A DNA stretch of 32,000 nucleotides, from assembly GCF_900095195.1 (NCBI RefSeq), contig NZ_LT606950.1:456164-488163 (forward strand). The letters are read 5' to 3'. How positions within the stretch are numbered: position 1 is the stretch's first letter; every line of letters starts with the position of its first letter. Both the position numbers and the translations under genes were made by a program. The DNA comes from Polynucleobacter necessarius. Lineage in GTDB: Bacteria; Pseudomonadota; Gammaproteobacteria; Burkholderiales; Burkholderiaceae. The notes below the pieces were generated by a model that was not told the origin of the DNA, ran no database searches, and was given only the letters and a program-made list of their open reading frames with translations. This document shows, in pieces, positions 26,616-32,000 of the stretch.

Positions 26616-27803
26616 CCGGTTTGGCATACTTATAGACTTCCATTAAAGGACCGGTGCCTCCTTTCATTGAGGAGCCTAGTGATTTTTCAAAAATATTTGC
26701 AAGGCCGCCAATTTGGTTTCCAGGGCTAACTTGGCCGTTAATTTGCACATCTCGACCAACCGAATATTCATCTTTCCACCAACGAATACGTTTGATGAGC
26801 TTTTCACCAATCTCCTTGCTTGCTGCGCGACGGGTGAGGGGTGTTCTACACCATAAATTTCTGGGGTTTCAGACAAGATGCCAGTGCCACCATGACGAGA
26901 CAAGATATCAATCGCAGCGCCTAATGCTGGGTTTGCAGTGATAGAAGAGAAGCCATCGGAACCACCACATTGCAAGCCGACAGTGAGATGGCTTGCTGAT
27001 ACCGTTTGGCGTTTAGCCTTATTTGCTTCTGGCAGTAGCGCTTTCACCGCTTCAATTCTAGCCTCAATGGTCTTGCGGGTACCGCCTGATTCTTGCATGA
27101 TGAAGGTGTGCAAGGTAGAGCCTTCCTTTAGATCTTCCTGCTCCATTAACCCTTTCAACTGATTGCGCTCACATCCAAGTCCTACGATTAATGCTGCGGC
27201 AAGGTTAGGATGGCGGGCATATCCTGATATCGTGCGTCGTAGTAATTCCATGGGCTCATCGCTCATTTCCATGCCACAACCAATACTATGGCTGAAAGCG
27301 ACAACGCCATCCACATTCGGAAAATCTTTTAAGCGTTCCGCAGTGAAATATTCTGCAATTTTGTTTACTACAGTGGCAGAGCAGTTGACGGTCGATAAAA
27401 TTCCAATAAAGTTTCTTGTGCCAACCTTGCCATTTGGTCGAACATATACCTAGCGAAAACTTTACGAGCCGCAGCCAAGTGCCTGCTGGCTACAAAATTG
27501 CCGCCAAAAAGATACTCAAAGGTGAGCCAATTCTCAAATACAACGTCACTGTTGGATTTGCCAATACCGACATTGGGTCCGGCACAATGGTGCACAGCCA
27601 CAATACAGAATTTCGGGAATTTGATCGCGATTATGCGCATGCCAGCGAATACAAACCCACTCAAATGCTTCCTGAGTCTGAACGAGCCACCTTCCAAGGA
27701 TATCAGTGCCGATGCCCACATCAACACGAGCGACAACAATATTGTCATTTGGATGTAGACGAATGATCGGCCCAATAAGGCGCTTTTCAGAAATTTCAAT
27801 CAT
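26616..27803 (-). pseudogene. UxaA-family (altronate/galactarate-type) sugar-acid dehydratase: internal inversion, frameshift, 3' truncation
   Basis: The N-terminus MIEISEKRLIGPIIRLHPNDNIVVARVDVGIGTD is on the minus strand at 27803-27704. Residues IPSENFTSRSQVPAGYKIAAKKILKGEPILKYNVTVGFANTDIGSGTMVHSHNTEF...ATFQGY are encoded on the PLUS strand at 27444-27703. The minus strand resumes with VRPNGKVGTRNFIGILSTVNCSATVVNKIAEYF...VDGVVAFSHSIGCGMEM...LQCGGSDGFSSITANP. A frameshift lies at G-run 26838-26841. Homology ends at ...GGTGPLMEVYKYAKPV (about 26616). Confidence 0.85.
27444..27703. other. Inverted 260-bp segment inside the uxaA-like pseudogene, bounded by ATAT at both ends
   Basis: Reverse-complementing 27444-27703 in place yields one continuous frame: ...GIGTD-IPSENF...ATFQGY-VRPNGKVGTRN... 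The segment starts and ends with the palindromic tetranucleotide ATAT (27444-27447 and 27700-27703; GATATC at 27699-27704). Confidence 0.8.
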
Positions 27804-27828
27804 GGAACACTTTCGATATAGTAAGTTT

Positions 27829-28225
27829 TTATTCTGGTGTAGCGCCTGATTCTTAACGATGGGGCCCCACTTTGCGACTTCGGATTTGATGTATTCGCTG
27901 AGTTGGTTTGGCGTGCTTGTAATGACTTCAAAACCTTTGCTGCTGACTTGTCCTTTAATTTCTGGATTATTGAGTACGCTAATTAATTGAGAATTCAACT
28001 TATCAATAATTGCTTTTGGAGTATTGGCGGGTGCAACAATTGCATAAACTAACTCCACTTCATATTTCGGCACATATTCAGAAATTGCCGGGATTTCAGG
28101 TGCATTGGGTGATCTTTTGAGGCTAGTGATTCCGAGTGGAATTAATTTTCCGTTGGGACATATGGAAGTGCCGCTGGCGCACCAACGAGAGCGGTCTCAA
28201 TTTGTCCGCCCAGTACATCGGTTGT
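27829..28225 (-). pseudogene. Bug/TctC-family solute receptor remnant: N-terminal half deleted, two frameshifts
   Basis: Homology starts at TDVLGGQIETALVGAPAALPYVP directly downstream of an AAGGAG-like RBS. A 1-nt deletion near 28150 leads to NGKLIPLGITSLKRSPNAPEIPAISEYVPKYEVELVYAIVAPANTPKAIIDKLN...AKWGPIVK. The natural end, ESGATPE with TAA at 27829-27831, is out of frame. The open frame therefore runs on into the uxaA start. Confidence 0.8.
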
Positions 28226-28281
28226 TCTCCTTATTTAGTGTTTATTTTTAATGTTATTTCGATTTTGGCGCTAGGCAATTC

Positions 28282-28800
28282 ATGAAAATTACTCAAGCAA
28301 CTTTTTTCCTGTATCGATACCGTTGATCGAGCCCATCAAAATGGCTAATGATGTAGTGATTGATATAAAACAGTATTGCTGAGCTTGCGCGATGAGCAGG
28401 GGCGTATTGGGCGGGTGGCGTCAATTGCCCCAATGATGACTGGTGAGACCCTCGATAGTTTGTGCGCAAGTTTAGGGTACCTCTTGGATAAGGTGCGCAA
28501 ATTCGAGTGGAATGATCCGCGCCATTTCTCAATCCAATTTAATACCGTTCTGTATGGTAACCATTCAGCAAAATCTTGTCTTGAAATGGCATTACTAGAT
28601 CTATACACACAACGTGAATCCGTGCCATTGTGGAAGTATCTTCGCACCCTTAATCCGAATGTCAATAACCTAGAGTTAAAAGCCATCCCCATTCTTCGAA
28701 TGTTGGGAGGCAGTCTTGAAAAGGAGTTGGAGGATGCAAAAATATTTCGGGAGTCAGGGTTTAAGCATTGGAAAATAAAGATCGGGTCCATTATCCCATC
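28282..28800 (+). pseudogene. Mandelate racemase/muconate lactonizing enzyme (enolase superfamily): frameshifted, 3'-truncated
   Basis: ATG 28282 opens MKITQATFFLYR, and the frame breaks within about 20 codons. ORF 28376..28813 then carries the MR_MLE N-domain (DEQGRIGRVASIAPMMTGETLDS...NHSAKSCLEMALLDLYTQRESVPLWKYL) and the first barrel strand (GFKHWKIKIG). Homology stops there, so about 60 percent of the protein is missing. Confidence 0.75.
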
Positions 28801-28840
28801 ATTAGTGATATAAAAACTGCAGATTACTGGGGGAGACTAT

Positions 28841-29744
28841 ATGTTTAAAACTATATCTAAAAATAGAGTGTTGAGATCGGTATTCAGCACGGTGATTGGG
28901 GTGGCATTCTCCACCTCCGTCTTTGCGGCCTATCCTGACAAACCAATCAAAATGCTGATTGGTTATGCCCCAGGCAGTTCAACAGATATTGTGGGTCGCA
29001 TGATTGCAAATGATCTCAGTATGGTTTTGAAGCAGCCAATTGTTGTCGAAAATCGTGGTGGTGCGGCGGGTAGCTTGGCTGCTGATGCGGTCGCTAAAAG
29101 TGCGCCAGATGGTTACACCATTCTTTTTGCTCAAAATGGACTTGCAATCAATGTGGCCGCTAATCCGAAGTTACCTTTTAACGGTCAAAAGGATCTCGTG
29201 CCTGTTGTTGGTGTTGCAGCGACTCCGCATATATTGATTGTGAATAACAATTCACCTGCAAAGACTGTGGCTGTTATTCCAGAGTCGCCTCGGCATCAAG
29301 CTCACCAACATTCCGTACAAAGGCACTGGTCCAGCGTTAACCGACCTGTTGGGCGGGCAAGTCGACCTCCTTTGCGACCAAACTACACAAACTATCCATT
29401 ACATCAAGGATGGCCGCGTAAAAACCTATGGGACAACCACTCTCAAACGTTTACCAGCCATTCCGAACTTACCAACTCTGAACGAGCAGGGCCTCAAAGG
29501 CTTTGAGATAAAAGTTTGGCATGGTGTTTACACACCAAAAGGTGTTCCAAAACCTATCTTGGATAAAATTAATGCAGCTTTGAAGAAGGCATTGAATTCT
29601 CCTGAAGTAAAGAAACGTTTAGATGATTCGAATATTGATATTGTTCCAGCAAGCAAAATGACGCCCAAGGGACTTCAAGATCATCTTGACTCTGAAATCA
29701 ACGTCTGGGGTCCAGTCATTCGTAAAGCCAATATTCCAGACTAA
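28841..29744 (+). pseudogene. Bug/TctC-family solute receptor with an internal out-of-frame deletion
   Basis: GGGGGAG RBS, a signal peptide and the N-domain are intact (AYPDKPIKMLIGYAPGSSTDIVGRMIAN...PHILIVNNNSPAKTV). Near 29275-29290 about 30 conserved codons are missing (the AKANPGxxNYxSxGxGSxxHL block). The rest, IKLTNIPYKGTGPALTDLLGGQVDLLCDQTTQTIHYIKDGRVK...WGPVIRKANIPD, is in another frame (ORF 29349..29744). Confidence 0.9.
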
Positions 29745-29768
29745 GTTTGTCAACGGATGTCTGAAAAT

Positions 29769-29795
29769 AAAAAACCAGCTTCGGCTGGTTTTTTT
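29769..29795. terminator. Bidirectional hairpin terminator
   Basis: AAAAAACCAGCttcgGCTGGTTTTTTT lies between convergent genes, with an A-run and a T-run flanking a GC stem and a tetraloop. Confidence 0.8.
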
Positions 29796-29830
29796 ATTGG
29801 TGATTACTCATCAGACATCCATCAAAACGC

Positions 29831-30463
29831 TTAACCTGGTCTAAACAAATATCCTGAACGTGCTTTTTGTTTGCGCTTCTGCAAGAAAGCCTCCAGCAAA
29901 CTGACTATTGCCCAAATTGCCAATACAGGATCTAGCAGGTAATCCCACAAGTTCGTGGACTCATGCCAATGCACTGACCAAGCAATGATCGCCAAACCTA
30001 TCAACCAAACACCCTTGACCCAGTTGGCAAGTCCACAGATAACCGCAAAGACCAGAACGGCAACTAGAAAAGTAGTAGAACCATATCCCCAAGCATAGGG
30101 ATCAACCATACCAACCCCGAGCGCGAAAGGATAAAAGCCTAAAGCAATCAGACTAATACTGAAAGAAAAGGCCATGGGGGTTTTTGAAGGTTTTGGAAGT
30201 AACGTGCTCCAGAGTAATAGCATCGTTACGACACTCAAATCACCGATCACTCCTCTCACATACGCAGCCAAAGGAAGCTCTAGTGATAAACCCAAAGGCC
30301 AGAAAAAGAGGTTTACCAAAACGAGCAACAAAAATACTTTAGCAAGAGAAGGAAAGGCTTTCTGAGAAATTTTCTGCAAAAGCCAGATGATGACTACCCC
30401 ACAACTAATTGCCACTTCGCCCAAGGCAATAGCTTGCGAAATCGAGTGCATTTGGATATTCAT
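29831..30463 (-). CDS. Polytopic membrane protein, unknown family
   Basis: The 210-aa ORF has about 6-7 hydrophobic helices and a basic C-terminal tail (QKRKQKARSGYLFRPG). Its ATG 30463 overlaps the stop of the upstream gene (ATGA). Confidence 0.65.
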   Translation of the reverse strand: MNIQMHSISQAIALGEVAISCGVVIIWLLQKISQKAFPSLAKVFLLLVLVNLFFWPLGLSLELPLAAYVRGVIGDLSVVTMLLLWSTLLPKPSKTPMAFSFSISLIALGFYPFALGVGMVDPYAWGYGSTTFLVAVLVFAVICGLANWVKGVWLIGLAIIAWSVHWHESTNLWDYLLDPVLAIWAIVSLLEAFLQKRKQKARSGYLFRPG

Positions 30464-31740
30464 TTTGAAGACTCCTTTGCGCTTTCATCTGGAGCATTTT
30501 GATCTTGCGGCAATTGACCAAAGGTACGCTTTAGCCAAGCACTGGGAAAATAGATATGGCGGATTTTTTTACGATCCCAGGTATATACCAAATGCGCATC
30601 ATGACCATTGCTTGAAATGAGGTATGGGTACGAAAATTCTTTGCGCTCTTGATCCGGTAATGCCTCATCGTTTTCAAGCGTCTCCACCACATGCCATTGG
30701 TTGGATTGCGGATGATTCATTAAGAGCACTAAGCGGTGTCGCCCTGCTTCAATATTATTGAGCACCAAAATACGAGCACTATTCTGCAGCTTTAATGTGG
30801 CAATTGCCGAATTGGGATTGGCTATTTCCAAATCCGCGGCAGGCTGCCATGCTTGACCAGCATTTTGTGTCTCACCCATCGGAATCTGCTTGGGCATGCC
30901 AGCACTACGTGTTTGGCGAAAATAAGCTGTTGCATCCTGAGGCCCATTGACAAAAACAGCTGGTTGAATGGCTCCTCGACCAGAACTCATACGGCGCTTA
31001 TCCATCACCTGCGCACCTTCGATCCACAGAAACTCTCCAAAACGGCCAATCCATTCATGATAGGCCGGCAATCCTAAGCGGCCATCCACAAATGTCAGTG
31101 CGGGTGACTTCACTAGCGTACTGAGATTGATCAGGGGTGACGTTATTAACCGCTTCGGCCTGCCCCACGTTAAACCATCGTCATCTGAAATGATGGTCGA
31201 AATTGAGCTACCCGCCCAACCACCAATCGATACCGTCACAAAGAATAATTGCAAACGACCATCAGCCATCCGCGCTGGCACAGGATTGCCCAATTTAGCG
31301 ATGTAACGTGACAAACCATTTTCTGCTGATACACGATCAATCACCACCGTTGGCGCTGCCCAAGCATTCGACTTTGTGTCATAAACGGCTGTATTAATCA
31401 CGACATCTGCAGCGCCCTCCCTGCTTCCAGCAAACCAAAATGCCCGCACATTACCATCACTGAGTGCAATGATTGAGGCGGCATGAACAGATGCCGCTCC
31501 AGTATCCGGCAACCAATCTGCCCGCAGGCCTGGAACGGATGGATTTACAGCCGTTTTTGATTTTGCTAAAGAGGGATTGGCTTGCTTTACTTCTGGGGTG
31601 ATATCTTTATCCGCATCCGTATTTGCATTTACAGAAACTTCGCTGGTTTGAAATGGGGCCCAAGCAGGTCGGCCATCAATATGAATAAAACCAAGCACTG
31701 CGGCAAGCAATAAAAAACAAAGTGCTATTACACGACTCAT
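30460..31740 (-). CDS. Exported BNR/Asp-box (sialidase-like beta-propeller) protein
   Basis: The N-terminal signal/anchor is MSRVIALCFLLLAAVLGF. A canonical Asp-box SDDDGLTWG (SxDxGxTW) is present, and the overall pattern resembles BNR_2 sialidase-like proteins (AFWFAGSREGA..., LQLFFVTVSIGGWAGSS). ATG 31740 overlaps the upstream stop (ATGA). The frame is intact. Confidence 0.75.
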   Translation of the reverse strand: MSRVIALCFLLLAAVLGFIHIDGRPAWAPFQTSEVSVNANTDADKDITPEVKQANPSLAKSKTAVNPSVPGLRADWLPDTGAASVHAASIIALSDGNVRAFWFAGSREGAADVVINTAVYDTKSNAWAAPTVVIDRVSAENGLSRYIAKLGNPVPARMADGRLQLFFVTVSIGGWAGSSISTIISDDDGLTWGRPKRLITSPLINLSTLVKSPALTFVDGRLGLPAYHEWIGRFGEFLWIEGAQVMDKRRMSSGRGAIQPAVFVNGPQDATAYFRQTRSAGMPKQIPMGETQNAGQAWQPAADLEIANPNSAIATLKLQNSARILVLNNIEAGRHRLVLLMNHPQSNQWHVVETLENDEALPDQERKEFSYPYLISSNGHDAHLVYTWDRKKIRHIYFPSAWLKRTFGQLPQDQNAPDESAKESSK

Positions 31741-32000
31741 CGACACGCATCCTTCACATTCAATACATCAGCGTTTGATGCTGGCGTTGCAATTAAGTAT
31801 TCCATCACAAAAAGGTGTTCACCCACTTGCCCCATTAGCATGGCTTTTATTTCGTCATTGGAATGGCGGGCTCTCATCTCCATTCGTTGTCCAACAATCT
31901 GGCAAGATTCACAAATGGCTGGTAATGTCCCAACAGGCGTGTGCACAGCAACGATGGGGTAGGCTTTGGTGAGAACCTCGAGATTGCTCGCATCTTTAGC
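31737..32000 (-). CDS. 3' end of an unidentified gene, first gene of the BNR operon; open to the window edge
   Basis: The frame is open from 32000 down to TGA 31737-31739: AKDASNLEVLTKAYPIVAVHTPVGTLPAICESCQIVGQRMEMRARHSNDEIKAMLMGQVGEHLFVMEYLIATPASNADVLNVKDACR. I recognise no family. Confidence 0.45.
   Translation of the reverse strand, partial: AKDASNLEVLTKAYPIVAVHTPVGTLPAICESCQIVGQRMEMRARHSNDEIKAMLMGQVGEHLFVMEYLIATPASNADVLNVKDACR

Noticed and set aside
27416-27766. 116-aa plus-strand ORF as an independent gene
   Set aside because: Its central 86 residues are residues ~35-120 of the minus-strand UxaA-family gene, carried on an inverted segment. The ORF ends are antisense read-through of the flanking minus-strand coding sequence.
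27546-28073. 175-aa minus-strand ORF as a real fusion protein
   Set aside because: It is a read-through artefact. A Bug-receptor C-terminus has lost its natural stop through a frameshift and runs into the uxaA-like start and SAF domain.
28345-28791. 148-aa minus-strand ORF
   Set aside because: It is antisense to the MR/MLE enolase-superfamily pseudogene, whose plus-strand translation carries the family motifs.

Overview
This window is an AT-leaning betaproteobacterial (Burkholderiales-type) chromosomal segment; GC was not computed. Intact housekeeping genes form the backbone: ilvD, glnB, nadE, ppa, trxB, ftsK, lolA, serS, tRNA-Ser(CGA), a PCu(A)C copper chaperone, a RodZ-like protein and a histone H1-like protein. 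Between them lies an unusually dense set of broken genes. About 20 loci carry frameshifts, in-frame stops, internal deletions or truncations, and one carries an internal inversion. The broken loci are tctC and tctA, three further Bug/TctC receptors, hppA, an asmA-family gene, uup, cbpA and cbpM, a uxaA-like dehydratase, an MR/MLE enolase-superfamily gene, slyX, phnA, a DUF2244 gene, a BrnT toxin, a P-loop kinase, a COG2509 remnant and two hypothetical genes. The gene content (many Bug/TTT receptors, trxB / ftsK-lolA-serS synteny) and the pseudogene load resemble published descriptions of the eroding genome of the ciliate endosymbiont Polynucleobacter necessarius. That taxonomic assignment is an inference I cannot verify here. 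I found no CRISPR array, IS element or transposase, integrase, rRNA, or recognisable defence system. Two loci are the best candidates for uncharacterised biology. One is an intact, ATGA-coupled three-gene operon at 29831-32000 (Asp-box/BNR sialidase-like exported protein, polytopic membrane protein, partial upstream gene). The other is a two-gene unit of unknown function at 1714-2400 that replaces the 3' half of tctA. The strongest structural observation is a 260-bp inversion inside the uxaA-like pseudogene; reversing it restores the reading frame exactly.
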